From: Candidatus Blackburnbacteria bacterium
Lineage (GTDB): Bacteria; Patescibacteriota; Microgenomatia; UBA8517; UBA10165
Direction: 5' to 3'
Length of the DNA stretch: 64,000 nucleotides
Assembly (NCBI GenBank): GCA_016183565.1
Contig: JACPEJ010000001.1
Span: 422,479 to 486,478 of the forward strand
Position numbers and translations under genes: made by a program. The notes beneath the pieces are model-generated. The model saw nothing but the letters and a program-made list of their open reading frames with translations. It did not search any database and was not told the DNA's origin. Of the stretch, positions 38,906 through 48,974 are shown in pieces. How positions within the stretch are numbered: the first letter of the stretch is position 1; each line of letters starts with the position of its first letter.

Positions 38906-40222
38906 ATGGATAATATGGACAATATTGATAGTATTAAAATTTTAGGTGGGAAACAACTTCGTGGAACAGTTGATGTTTGGGGGGCGAAGAATGTTGTTTC
39001 AAAGCTTATTGTTGCTTCACTTCTGACCTCTGAGTCGTGTATTATCCGCAATGTTTCGTATGTTGCTGACACGGAGTTGATGCTAAATGTGGTTAACTCT
39101 ATAGGCGGAGAAACCGAAAGTGTAGGAGATCGGGCGGTTAAACTTACAACGTCGACTATAAATCCTCTGAACCCACAAAATTTTACTGACATTGCTGGTA
39201 GAAGTCGGATACCAATCTTACTTTGCGGACCGATGCTCCATAGAACTGGGCAAGCTATGATTCCAGCTTTAGGTGGGGACAAAATTGGGGAGCGGGCAGT
39301 TAATTTTCATATCGAAGCAATCCGCAAACTTGGTGCTAAGTGCGAAGAAAGGTCGAACGGATTATATTTTGAAGCAAGGAAGCTTCATGGGGCAGAACTT
39401 CGTCTTGAATATCCAAGCGTTGGTGCAACCGAGCAAATTTTACTCGTGGCCGTGTTGGCTGAAGGTACAACAAGGCTTTTAAATGCAGCGATTGAACCTG
39501 AGGTATTGGATTTGGTTGGGGCGCTCAAGATGATGGGTGCAAAAATCGAGTACATGGGAGAGAGAGTGTTTGTAATAGAAGGAGTTGAGGCTCTTGGGGG
39601 GTTTGATCACACTGCGATTCCCGATCGGTTGGAGATTGCGTCTTGGGCATGTGCTGCCGTTGCTACTGATGGGGAAATTATGGTAAGAAATGCTGGTTCT
39701 GAGCATACGAAGGCTTTTCTTGAAAAGTACACAGAACTTGGTGGAGGATACAAAATATCAGATGAGGGCATTAATTTTTGGCGAGAGAGAGAGGTGTTGC
39801 AACCTGTGAATATTGATACGGATGTTTATCCTGGATTCGCTACTGATTGGCAGCCTCCATTTGTTGTTTGTCTTACCCAAGCTTTAGGAGAGTCGGTTGT
39901 GCATGAGACTGTTTATGAAAACCGGTTTGGATATACAGAAGCTCTTGTTGGAATGGGCGCAAATATTAAATTACAAACTGAGTGTCCCAATGGCCCTTGT
40001 CGGTTTTCGGATAAGTTTTTACATACTGCAATAATTACTGGCCCCAGTAAGCTTTCTCAGACCGATATAGAGGTTCCTGATATTCGTGCCGGGTTTTCGT
40101 ATGTAATTGCAGCTCTTGTGGCTCAGGGTGAGTCAAATATTAGGAATGTTAAAATATTGAGCCGGGGGTATGAAGGTTTTCTTGCTAAGCTACAGGCTTT
40201 GGGTGTAGATGTTGCTTCTTGA
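38906..40222 (+). CDS. murA: UDP-N-acetylglucosamine 1-carboxyvinyltransferase
   Basis: 'GAKN', 'GGDKIGER', 'SVGATE', 'YPGFATDWQ', 'ETVYENRF', 'DIRAG', 'RGYE'. Confidence 0.95.
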   Translation: MDNMDNIDSIKILGGKQLRGTVDVWGAKNVVSKLIVASLLTSESCIIRNVSYVADTELMLNVVNSIGGETESVGDRAVKLTTSTINPLNPQNFTDIAGRSRIPILLCGPMLHRTGQAMIPALGGDKIGERAVNFHIEAIRKLGAKCEERSNGLYFEARKLHGAELRLEYPSVGATEQILLVAVLAEGTTRLLNAAIEPEVLDLVGALKMMGAKIEYMGERVFVIEGVEALGGFDHTAIPDRLEIASWACAAVATDGEIMVRNAGSEHTKAFLEKYTELGGGYKISDEGINFWREREVLQPVNIDTDVYPGFATDWQPPFVVCLTQALGESVVHETVYENRFGYTEALVGMGANIKLQTECPNGPCRFSDKFLHTAIITGPSKLSQTDIEVPDIRAGFSYVIAALVAQGESNIRNVKILSRGYEGFLAKLQALGVDVAS

Positions 40223-40266
40223 CTTCTCGTCTCGCTCCAGACTGATTTTTGAGGTAGAATATAGGT

Positions 40267-40983
40267 ATGGTTTCTAAAAATATCGTACTTGTTCATGGGT
40301 GGGGGGCAGATGTGGAAAAGTTAGCGCCGCTTTCCCGTAGTTTTAAGAAGGAGGGTTGGAATGTGTTTGTGCCTAAACTTCCGGGGTTTGATTTGGTTTC
40401 TCCAAGAGTAGCATGGGGGACAGGTGAGTATGCAGAATATGTTTGGGAGAAGGCTCAGAAGCACTTTTCTGGGGGAAGATTTTTCCTTTTTGGGCATTCT
40501 TTTGGCGGTCGAATAGTTATAAAGCTTGCAGCAAAATATCAAAAAGGACTACCAGGGATAGTACTTTGCGCGACGGGCGGTATTTCTCGGGCGAATCCTG
40601 TAAAGAGGGGAATATTTTTCGTGCTGGCAAAAATGGGCAAGATTTTCCTTGTTTTGCCTGCTGTTTCGGGGATTTGGCAAACAGTTCTTTATAAGTTGGC
40701 CCGCGAGCATGATTATGAGAAGGCAAAGGGAATAATGCGGGAGGTTTTTAAGAAGGTTGTTAGTAAGAATGCGTTGCAAGATTTGCAGGAGATTAGCATT
40801 CCTACTTTGGTTTTGTGGGGTAGAAAAGACAGGATGACGAAAGTTGAGGATGCTTACGAAATAACAAAGAAAGTGAAAGGGTCAGAATTGTTTGTTTTTG
40901 AAAACGAAGGGCACAGACTCCCCTATCGAGAGCCCGATAGGGTAGTTGAGCAAATAAATACATGGGCCAAGAAAATACACTGA
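40267..40983 (+). CDS. Alpha/beta hydrolase
   Basis: 'HGWG', nucleophile motif 'GHSFGG', 'WGRKD', 'EGH'. Confidence 0.9.
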   Translation: MVSKNIVLVHGWGADVEKLAPLSRSFKKEGWNVFVPKLPGFDLVSPRVAWGTGEYAEYVWEKAQKHFSGGRFFLFGHSFGGRIVIKLAAKYQKGLPGIVLCATGGISRANPVKRGIFFVLAKMGKIFLVLPAVSGIWQTVLYKLAREHDYEKAKGIMREVFKKVVSKNALQDLQEISIPTLVLWGRKDRMTKVEDAYEITKKVKGSELFVFENEGHRLPYREPDRVVEQINTWAKKIH

Positions 40984-42578
40984 CCATCTTGCTTTTTTGG
41001 ATACCGCAGGCGATAGAGCAATTGCTTCTATGGGTTTATTGGTGGCAAACGAAGGAATATAGGATAGATAGATTCCAAGTTTTGTTTTATACCTTTGAGG
41101 GAAGGAAGAACTTGGGGTTAAGTTCTATTGCAATTAAGCTTGCTATTTTGGGTGTTTCTTACTATTGGGGTAATTATCTTTTGCTTTTTGCCTTCTTTTC
41201 GTTTTTGGATATTAACTTCCTCTTAAATATTGTACGACACAAGGTGCGCAGGCCGGTTTTTACCTTGCGTGCTAAGGAACTTTTTGCAACTGGGATTTTT
41301 GGTGTGCTGCTTGTTGTTCTCTTGGTTTGGGGTGGATTTGCAGATTTTGTTTTTACATTAACCCTGGGAGAATTGTTTGTACTCTTAGCTCCTATTGTAG
41401 GGATAATTTGGACGTCACCCTTGGTATTTATTTCTAAAATTAGAGCGATTGGTCACGCTAAAAAAGTCTTGTCGACAGTTAAACCGATTGTTATTGGCGT
41501 AACCGGCAGTTACGGTAAGACGACAACTAAGGAGTTTATCGCGCACCTCTTATCATTTAAATACAAAGTTGTAAAAACAGAGAAAAGTGAGAACACGGAA
41601 TTTGGGGTAGCAAGACGAATTGTTGACTCTCTTAAGAAGGGTACTCAGATGTTGGTTGTAGAGATTGGGGCTTACAGGCGGGGAGAGATAAGACGGGTAG
41701 CTAATATTGTGCGACCCCAGTTGGCGATTGTTACTGGTGTTGAGCCCCAGCATTTTGCTTTGTTTGGGAGTTTGGAAGCGATAAATAAGGCTAAGTATGA
41801 ATTGGTTCAGAGTCTCCCCGACAAAGGACTTGCGATTTTTAATTACTCGAACCAACAGTGCAGGATTGTGGCACGTTGGGCAAGGAGGGATGGCAAAACA
41901 GTGGTTGGGTATGAGTTGAATGGGAAAGGGAGAAGGGAGAAGGGAGAAGGGAGAAGGGAGAAGGCAAGTGTGGTGGCACGGATTTTGTCGGCAGATTATA
42001 AAGGGGTTACGTTTGAAGTAAGTGAGGGGGATAAAAAACCTAAAAATTTGTTTGCTCCTGTACCGGGGGTTCATTTTGTAGAAAATTTAACTGGAGCTAT
42101 TTTGGTTGCCCGTAAATTAGGTGTGAATTGGGTTCAAATTGCTAAAGGTTGCAAGACGCTTGTAGTGCCCGAGGGAACTATGACTTTACGTCAAAACCGC
42201 AAGTTAACAATAATTGATGATTCTTATAATTCTACACCTCTAGGTTTTATATCCGCCATAGAATACTTATCTTTGTTGGATACAGAAGAAAAAGTAGTTA
42301 TCACTCCTGGTATTATTGAATTAGGGAAACTGTCTGATCGTATACATCAAGATCTTGGGCGAAGAATGGCACACGTTGTTGACAGAATCATTTTAACTAA
42401 TAGTGATGTTGCCAAAAGTTTTAAGAAAGGGCTTGGCAGTCGAGCTCGCATACTAGAAATTGTAGAAAATGCCGATTCATTAGCCCAAAGTATAAATAAT
42501 CTTGTAAATAAAAAAAGCGTGGTGCTTATAGAGGGTAGAATTCCTCAAAAAATGATGGATTTTTTTAAGAAAAAATGA
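40962..42578 (+). CDS. murF: MurF-type Mur ligase with N-terminal membrane domain
   Basis: 'GVTGSYGKTTTKE', 'EIGA...GEI', 'IIDDSYN', 'TPGIIELG'. Confidence 0.8.
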   Translation: MGQENTLTILLFWIPQAIEQLLLWVYWWQTKEYRIDRFQVLFYTFEGRKNLGLSSIAIKLAILGVSYYWGNYLLLFAFFSFLDINFLLNIVRHKVRRPVFTLRAKELFATGIFGVLLVVLLVWGGFADFVFTLTLGELFVLLAPIVGIIWTSPLVFISKIRAIGHAKKVLSTVKPIVIGVTGSYGKTTTKEFIAHLLSFKYKVVKTEKSENTEFGVARRIVDSLKKGTQMLVVEIGAYRRGEIRRVANIVRPQLAIVTGVEPQHFALFGSLEAINKAKYELVQSLPDKGLAIFNYSNQQCRIVARWARRDGKTVVGYELNGKGRREKGEGRREKASVVARILSADYKGVTFEVSEGDKKPKNLFAPVPGVHFVENLTGAILVARKLGVNWVQIAKGCKTLVVPEGTMTLRQNRKLTIIDDSYNSTPLGFISAIEYLSLLDTEEKVVITPGIIELGKLSDRIHQDLGRRMAHVVDRIILTNSDVAKSFKKGLGSRARILEIVENADSLAQSINNLVNKKSVVLIEGRIPQKMMDFFKKK

Positions 42579-43885
42579 TGCGACCAATCATAATCTCATT
42601 ATCGCCCAACACGGAAAGAGATGACGTACTCCTTGCTATCAAAGTTCTTTTCTCTCCATGGTTATGGTTTTCAAAAAGAAACATTCATCTTTTAGAAGAA
42701 AAGTTCCCAAAAATGTTTAGTGGTAATTACAAGTCGTTTGCGACAAATAGCGGACGCAGTGCTCTTTATCTTATCTTAAAAAGTTTAGGAGTTAAAAAGG
42801 ACGATGAGGTTTTATTACAAGCGTTTACTTGTATAGCAGTTCCTAATGCTATTTTGTGGGCTGGAGCTATTCCTGTTTATGTTGATATTGACGAGACTTA
42901 CAACATTGACCCTAAAGATTTAGAGAAAAAAATTACCAAAAAAACAAAAGCGATTATTGTTCAACATACGTTTGGGATTCTTGGGGATGTGGGAGCAATA
43001 AAACGGATTGCTAGAAAAAATAATCTTGTTCTTATAGAAGATTGTGCACATAGCCTGGGAGCTACTTTTAATGGGAAAAGGGTCGGTACTTTAGGCGATG
43101 TAGCATTTTTCAGTTTTGGACGGGATAAAATTTTGTCCTCTGTTTTTGGCGGAATGATACTTGTTAAGACACAGACACAGACAGAGATACAGATACAGAT
43201 ACAGAAGATGTTCAATACACTAAAGTGGCCAAATACACTTTGGGGAATACAACAGCTGTTGCATCCGATTGCGTTTTCTGTTATTTTGCCACTCTATAAT
43301 AGCGGGTTGGGTAAATTAATTTTACTTATACTTCAAAAGTTTCACTTTCTTTCACGCGCTGTGTGCGAAGAAGAAAAAAGAGGTGAACAACCAAAGACAT
43401 TTCCTTCCAGGATGCCACCTGCGTTGTCTGTTTTGGCAATTAAACAATTAACAAAACTTGAAAGGTTTAATCGGCATCGTAGGGAGATAGCTAAGCTCTA
43501 TTTTTCAAAGTTTGCTAATATAGTTAAGGTTTTACCGCCAGATGTGAGTGGTGCAGTTTGGTTGAGGTTTCCAATAAGTATAAACGATGCTTTCGGTTTA
43601 ATAAGTTATGCTAAGAGGCGAGGAATTCTGTTTGGTGATTGGTACAAGAGTGTGGTTATGCCAGCAGAGAACTTGAGTAAAGTTGGTTACACATTTGGTA
43701 CTTGTCCGAATGCAGAAAAATTGTCAAAAATGGTGGTAAATTTGCCGACATACCCGGGGATGAAGGTAGAAGAGGTACTAAAGGTAGTAGAAGTAGTACG
43801 GGAGTGGGAGGGGGAGGAAGGTAAAAGGGGTGGAAAGGGTAATAGGGGTAGTAGAGGAATGGATGGGGCAACAGAGGTAGTATGA
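42575..43885 (+). CDS. DegT/DnrJ/EryC1/StrS family PLP aminotransferase
   Basis: 'NSGRSAL', 'QHTFG', 'IEDCAHSLG', 'FSFGRDK'. Confidence 0.88.
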   Translation: MMRPIIISLSPNTERDDVLLAIKVLFSPWLWFSKRNIHLLEEKFPKMFSGNYKSFATNSGRSALYLILKSLGVKKDDEVLLQAFTCIAVPNAILWAGAIPVYVDIDETYNIDPKDLEKKITKKTKAIIVQHTFGILGDVGAIKRIARKNNLVLIEDCAHSLGATFNGKRVGTLGDVAFFSFGRDKILSSVFGGMILVKTQTQTEIQIQIQKMFNTLKWPNTLWGIQQLLHPIAFSVILPLYNSGLGKLILLILQKFHFLSRAVCEEEKRGEQPKTFPSRMPPALSVLAIKQLTKLERFNRHRREIAKLYFSKFANIVKVLPPDVSGAVWLRFPISINDAFGLISYAKRRGILFGDWYKSVVMPAENLSKVGYTFGTCPNAEKLSKMVVNLPTYPGMKVEEVLKVVEVVREWEGEEGKRGGKGNRGSRGMDGATEVV

Positions 43886-44901
43886 AATGTAGGGTAGAAG
43901 AGATTATAGACAAAGAAGTGTGGGATGGGTTTGTTTTGTCCCAGAAACCACAGTCTTTCTTGCAGTCGTGGAATTGGGGGGAGACGCAGAGATTGGTTGG
44001 TCACAAGATATTTCGACTCGGAATTTTTGATGGTGATTCTCTCCAGGGTGTTTGTTTGGCGATTCTAGAGGAAGCTCGGCGCGGTCCGCATTTGGTTGTA
44101 CCGGGGGGGCCTATTGTTAATTGGGGAGAGCTGGGGATAGTTAGGGAGGTTATAGACATTTTAGCTAGCTTGGCGAGAAGTGAGAAGGTGTGGTTTGTGA
44201 GGGTAAGGCCGGAACTTTTAGATAACAGTGAAGCCAAGCGATTGTTTAGTAGGTTAAACTTTGTTCCTGCTCCGATGCATCTTCATGCTGAAAATACTTG
44301 GGTACTTAATATTGACCGATCGGAGGAGGAGATTTTAGCCGGTATGCGCAAAACTACACGTTATTTAGTACGGCAGAGTTTGAAGATGGGGCTTGTTGTT
44401 GAGCAATATACAGACCCCGCAGATGTAAAAGTTTTAACCCGGCTTCAAGAGGAGACAGTCAGGAGACATAAATTTGTGCCTTTTTCGGAAAAACTTTTTG
44501 GGGCGCAGTTGGAAACTTTTGGCAAAGATGGGGAGGGTTCGCTTTTTGTTTGCAAGAAGGGGGAAGAGGAGGTGGCGGCTGCGATTATTATATTTTATGG
44601 TGATATTGCTTACTACCATCATAGTGGGTCGACTTCCAATTATAGAAATCTTCCCTTCTCTTATTTTCTGCAATGGAATATAATTCAAGAAGCAAGAAAA
44701 AGAGGGTGTAAATTCTACAATTTTTGGGGGATTGCGCCAACAGACGACCTCAAACATAGGTTTGCGGGGGTTACGGTTTTTAAAAAAGGGTTTGGAGGAG
44801 AGAGGATAGACTGGTTGCATGCCCAAGATCTTCCGATTTCGCCTCTTTACTGGTTGACTTATGGATTTGAGACAACACGGAAAGTTATGAGAAGATTGTG
44901 A
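43882..44901 (+). CDS. FemABX/MurM-family lipid II peptidyltransferase
   Basis: 'FLQSWNWG', 'MRKTTRY', 'YNFWG', 'FKKGFGG'. Confidence 0.9.
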   Translation: MKCRVEEIIDKEVWDGFVLSQKPQSFLQSWNWGETQRLVGHKIFRLGIFDGDSLQGVCLAILEEARRGPHLVVPGGPIVNWGELGIVREVIDILASLARSEKVWFVRVRPELLDNSEAKRLFSRLNFVPAPMHLHAENTWVLNIDRSEEEILAGMRKTTRYLVRQSLKMGLVVEQYTDPADVKVLTRLQEETVRRHKFVPFSEKLFGAQLETFGKDGEGSLFVCKKGEEEVAAAIIIFYGDIAYYHHSGSTSNYRNLPFSYFLQWNIIQEARKRGCKFYNFWGIAPTDDLKHRFAGVTVFKKGFGGERIDWLHAQDLPISPLYWLTYGFETTRKVMRRL

Positions 44902-44902
44902 T

Positions 44903-45958
44903 ATGAGTACACCAAGTATTCTGCCCTTGGCTTTAGGTTTGGTTATTTTTTCGTTTTTAATAACTGGTATTTTGGTTGTTCCTTTTATTGATCTTCTTTA
45001 CAAATTGAAGCTGACTAGGCGGCGGGAGGCGCCCACTAAAGGCAAAGTCCCTCTCTTTGATCGACTTCACGATATAAAAGTCGGCACGCCGGTTGGAGGG
45101 GGAATACTTTTGATTTTGGTTGTGTCACTTCTTTTTGCGGCGGTATTTCCTTTGGCTTCTTATTTGGGGGTTTTTGTACAGAGTGCTTACGTTTTGAGAA
45201 CCGAACTTTTTGTAATATTTTTTACGTTTATTTCGTTTGGTCTTCTAGGATTATCGGATGATCTTGTCAAAATGTTTGGAAAACCTAGGCAGGGGAGTGT
45301 GGGAATGTGGGTAGGTTTGAGCAGAAGGAGTAAATTTGTTGTGCAGTGGATGTTGGCTTTTGCAATTGGCTTTGTTATTTATAGGGATTTGGGAATACAT
45401 ATTTTTCATGTACCTTTTGTTGGAAAGGTTTTTGATTTGGGAATATTTTATGTTCCGTTTTCGGCTTTTATGATTGTGGCGTTTACGAATGCTTTTAATA
45501 TTACTGATGGTTTGGATGGGTTGGCATCCGGGCTTTTGATGATTTGTCTTATTGCTTTTGGGGTGATTGCTGCGGGGAGTTTGGATACTCCCCTTTCTAT
45601 TTTTATTGCATTGTGGTTGGGTGCACTTCTTGCATTTTTGTATTTTAACGTTTGGCCGGCAAGAATTTTTCTTGGGGATGCTGGGTCTCTTTCTTTTGGG
45701 GCAACATTGGCTGTTTTGGGAATACTGACTGGTAGTATTATTGCTTTGGTGATAATAGGAGGAGTTTTTGTTGTGGAGATTGTTTCTGCTCTTATTCAGA
45801 TGATGGGTTGGAGGTTTCTCAAAAGGCCGATTTTCCCTCTTGCGCCTTTACATAATACTCTTCTTGCGATTGGTTGGGAGGAGCCAAAGATAGTAGCTAG
45901 AGCTTGGTTGGCGGGAATTATTTTAGCTGTCTTTGGGCTTTGGCTTTCGTTTATGTAA
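44903..45958 (+). CDS. mraY: Phospho-N-acetylmuramoyl-pentapeptide transferase
   Basis: 'GTPVGGG', 'SDD', 'NAFNITDGLDGL', 'FLGDAGS', 'APLH'. Confidence 0.95.
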   Translation: MSTPSILPLALGLVIFSFLITGILVVPFIDLLYKLKLTRRREAPTKGKVPLFDRLHDIKVGTPVGGGILLILVVSLLFAAVFPLASYLGVFVQSAYVLRTELFVIFFTFISFGLLGLSDDLVKMFGKPRQGSVGMWVGLSRRSKFVVQWMLAFAIGFVIYRDLGIHIFHVPFVGKVFDLGIFYVPFSAFMIVAFTNAFNITDGLDGLASGLLMICLIAFGVIAAGSLDTPLSIFIALWLGALLAFLYFNVWPARIFLGDAGSLSFGATLAVLGILTGSIIALVIIGGVFVVEIVSALIQMMGWRFLKRPIFPLAPLHNTLLAIGWEEPKIVARAWLAGIILAVFGLWLSFM

Positions 45959-45969
45959 AATGGGAGATA

Positions 45970-47046
45970 GTGAAACCTCAGGTTAACAGGATTGATAGGC
46001 CATTTCTTATAGCCCTTCTTTTATTGGTTTTTTTTGGTGTAGCGATGGTGTTTGATGCCTCGGCTGCAGACGGCGCAAGAAGTTTTAATGACAAGTTCTT
46101 TTATGTTAAGCGGCAAGTTCTTTGGATTAGTATTGGGATGGTTGTTATGTTTGTTTTCTCAAGAATCAAATATTCTTTTTGGGAAAAAACAGCTGTACCT
46201 TTTTTGCTTTTGGCTTTAGTTTTGTTGGTTTTGGTTCTTATACCAGGTCTTGGGATAGAGGCACTTGGTGCAAGAAGAAGGATGTCTTTAGGTTCGATAG
46301 GTATCCAACCTTCAGAGCTTGCGAAGTTGGCGATGAGTATTTTTTTATCGGCTTCCCTTTCAAGAAGCACAACAGTTATTCGTTTTTTGGTACCTCTTGT
46401 TCTGGTATGTAGTTTGGTGGTTGTTGAACCGGATTTGGGTACGACAACGATTATCGCCGGAATGGGTTTTTTGGTGTATTTTACAAGCGGTGCTCCTATT
46501 TTTCATTTTGTGTCACTTGGTGGAGGAGCGGGTCTATTGGCATTAATTCTTGCTTTTACCTCTTCTTATCGGCGCGAAAGAATAATGACTTTTTTAAATC
46601 CACATGTTGATCCGGTTAATACGTCGTATCACATTAGACAAGTGCTTATTGCATTAGGGTCTGGGGGTATTTTTGGTTTAGGGTTGGGACAATCGAGACA
46701 AAAGCAGCTTTTTTTGCCAGAGCCTGCTACGGACTCTATTTTTGCTATAATTGCTGAGGAGTTAGGTTTTTTGGGTTCGGTTCTTGTTTTGGTTCTTTTT
46801 ATGTTCTTGATTTGGAGGGGTTTTGCGATTGCGGCTAGGGCTCAAGATCAGTTTGGGAGGTTGCTTGCCGTTGCTATTACCTCATGGATTGCAATTCAAA
46901 CTATTATAAACTTGTCCGCGATGGTTGCGCTTGTTCCTTTGACAGGTATTCCCCTTCCGTTTGTTTCTTATGGAGGGTCTTCTTTGATTGTTCTTCTTGG
47001 GGCAGTGGGCATTCTTTTGAATATTTCAAAATATTGTAGAAAGTAA
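45970..47046 (+). CDS. ftsW: SEDS peptidoglycan polymerase FtsW
   Basis: 'IQPSELAK', 'EPDLGT', 'LPEPATDSIF..EELG', 'GIPLPFVSYGGSS'; start uncertain. Confidence 0.93.
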   Translation: MKPQVNRIDRPFLIALLLLVFFGVAMVFDASAADGARSFNDKFFYVKRQVLWISIGMVVMFVFSRIKYSFWEKTAVPFLLLALVLLVLVLIPGLGIEALGARRRMSLGSIGIQPSELAKLAMSIFLSASLSRSTTVIRFLVPLVLVCSLVVVEPDLGTTTIIAGMGFLVYFTSGAPIFHFVSLGGGAGLLALILAFTSSYRRERIMTFLNPHVDPVNTSYHIRQVLIALGSGGIFGLGLGQSRQKQLFLPEPATDSIFAIIAEELGFLGSVLVLVLFMFLIWRGFAIAARAQDQFGRLLAVAITSWIAIQTIINLSAMVALVPLTGIPLPFVSYGGSSLIVLLGAVGILLNISKYCRK

Positions 47047-47057
47047 AAGAAGTAAAA

Positions 47058-48218
47058 ATGGTAAGTAAAAGAAGTAAAAATGCTAGAAAAAGTAAGATCA
47101 TTCCCTTCGGGAATGGAAAAGAAGTAAAAATTGTTGTGACGGGGGGGCATGTTACTCCTGCCCTTGCGGCTTTGGAGGTGATTTATAAGCGTGGTTTTCA
47201 GATTTGTTGGATTGGGGAAAAATGGGCTGTTCAGGGACAGCGGGCGAAAACACTTGAGTATCATATTATCCCCAGCCTAGGAGTTCCGTTCCTTACTATT
47301 GTTTCAGCAAAATTTAATAGACGGGCAAGATTTGCAAGTTTGTTGTTGTCGTGGAAGCTTATAGTTGGGTTTGTTCAGAGTTTGGGTATTTTAGTAAAAA
47401 TTAGACCTCATGCTGTTTTGTCTTTTGGGAGTTATGTTTCAGTACCTGTTGCTCTTGCTGCGAAGCTTTTAGGGATACCAGTAGTTCTTCATGAACAGAC
47501 GGCTGCGGCTGGACTTGCTAATAAGATTGTTGCAAAAGTTTCGGATCGAGTGGCTATTTCTTTTGAAGCGAGTAAAAAACATTTTCCTTTTGGAAAAACC
47601 TTTTTGACTGGTAATCCGATAAGAAAAAGTGTTTTAAAGATAAAACATAGAAGCAGGATACCTTTGCAAAAACCTGTTTTATATGTGACAGGTGGGAGCA
47701 GAGGTGCTCAGGTTATAAATAATGCTGTTGTTGGGATTCTTCCAGAGCTTCTGGGCCTTTTTAAGATTTATCACCAAACAGGAGAGGTAGATTATGAGAA
47801 GATGGTTGGTATCAAAAGTTCTTTGAATCTTCAGTTGCAAAGAGATTATGAGGTTAGTGGAGTTTACGCTCCGGACAAGGTTGATGAAATTTTTTCGAAA
47901 GCTGATTTGATTATATCGAGGGCTGGAGCTAATACAGTTTTAGAGATTGCGGCAGTTGGTGTACCCGCGATTCTTATTCCAATTCCTTGGGTTGGGGCAA
48001 ATGAGCAGGAGAAGAATGCTAAAGTGCTTTCTGAGGTTACGGGGGCTGTGGTGATTCAACAGGAATCTTTGACTGGTGAGCTTTTGTTAAAGACCGTGAG
48101 AGATATTCTTTCTGACCTTCCTTCTTATAAGGAAAGAGCTTTGAGGGGGCGTGTTCTTGTTAAAGAGGATGCTGCGGAGAGGTTGGTGGATTTGGTTGTG
48201 GAGGTTATTGGGAGATGA
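47058..48218 (+). CDS. murG: Lipid II GlcNAc transferase MurG
   Basis: 'GGHVTPA', 'HEQ', 'TGNPIR', 'GGSRGA', 'SRAGA', 'EQEKNA'. Confidence 0.93.
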   Translation: MVSKRSKNARKSKIIPFGNGKEVKIVVTGGHVTPALAALEVIYKRGFQICWIGEKWAVQGQRAKTLEYHIIPSLGVPFLTIVSAKFNRRARFASLLLSWKLIVGFVQSLGILVKIRPHAVLSFGSYVSVPVALAAKLLGIPVVLHEQTAAAGLANKIVAKVSDRVAISFEASKKHFPFGKTFLTGNPIRKSVLKIKHRSRIPLQKPVLYVTGGSRGAQVINNAVVGILPELLGLFKIYHQTGEVDYEKMVGIKSSLNLQLQRDYEVSGVYAPDKVDEIFSKADLIISRAGANTVLEIAAVGVPAILIPIPWVGANEQEKNAKVLSEVTGAVVIQQESLTGELLLKTVRDILSDLPSYKERALRGRVLVKEDAAERLVDLVVEVIGR

Positions 48219-48973
48219 AAAGAAAAGTATTATCACACGGTGGGCGGGGCAAGAATATATTAAAGCTGTTGATTTGTGTGGTTGTGGTGGGGTTGTTTTT
48301 CTTGCTGTGGAAGATTGAGGTTTGGTCAAAGTTGAGGGTTTTTCTTGAATCAAGGCGGGTATTTACTGTTAAATCCATAGAGTGTAAAAGTCAGTATGGA
48401 CCTTGTTTAGAGGAAGATATTAGTGTTACTCGGGGTTTTTTGGGTTCTAGTCTGCTTTTTCTTGATACTTCCCAAGTTTCGGTGGCGCTTTCGCGGAGTT
48501 TTAAGAACCGAAAGGTATATGTGCAGAAAGTGTTTCCTGGTACTTTGCAAATTGTGATAGAGAAAAGGAGAACGTTTGTGGCTGTTGGGAAGACTTCTTT
48601 TAAGGACGGTATTTTTTTGACTAGCCAGGATGGGATGGTGCTTTCAGAGGTTTACGATACGGCACTTCCGAAATTGTTCTTGGATGATACTTATTCTCTT
48701 CCAGTTGTCGGAGGGAGGTTGACGGATGAAGAAATTGTTGCTGCTAGGCTACTTTTTTTAACCTACAAAGTGCAAGGTGTTTTATTTGGGTCTTTTCATA
48801 AGGACTACGTGGAAGTTAAATTGGAAGATGGTTCTTTGGTCTATTACGGCTTAGATAAGGATCCACAGGTGCTTATAGGTGCTTTACAACTTATCATTGC
48901 CAGAAGTAAAATGGAGAACAAACTACCTAAGATTATTGACTTACGGTATAGTAATCCAGTATTAAGGTATTAG
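48215..48973 (+). CDS. ftsQ: FtsQ/DivIB-like cell division protein
   Basis: TM helix plus POTRA-like region, C-terminal 'IDLRY'; lies between murG and ftsA. Confidence 0.7.
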   Translation: MKRKVLSHGGRGKNILKLLICVVVVGLFFLLWKIEVWSKLRVFLESRRVFTVKSIECKSQYGPCLEEDISVTRGFLGSSLLFLDTSQVSVALSRSFKNRKVYVQKVFPGTLQIVIEKRRTFVAVGKTSFKDGIFLTSQDGMVLSEVYDTALPKLFLDDTYSLPVVGGRLTDEEIVAARLLFLTYKVQGVLFGSFHKDYVEVKLEDGSLVYYGLDKDPQVLIGALQLIIARSKMENKLPKIIDLRYSNPVLRY

Positions 48974-48974
48974 A

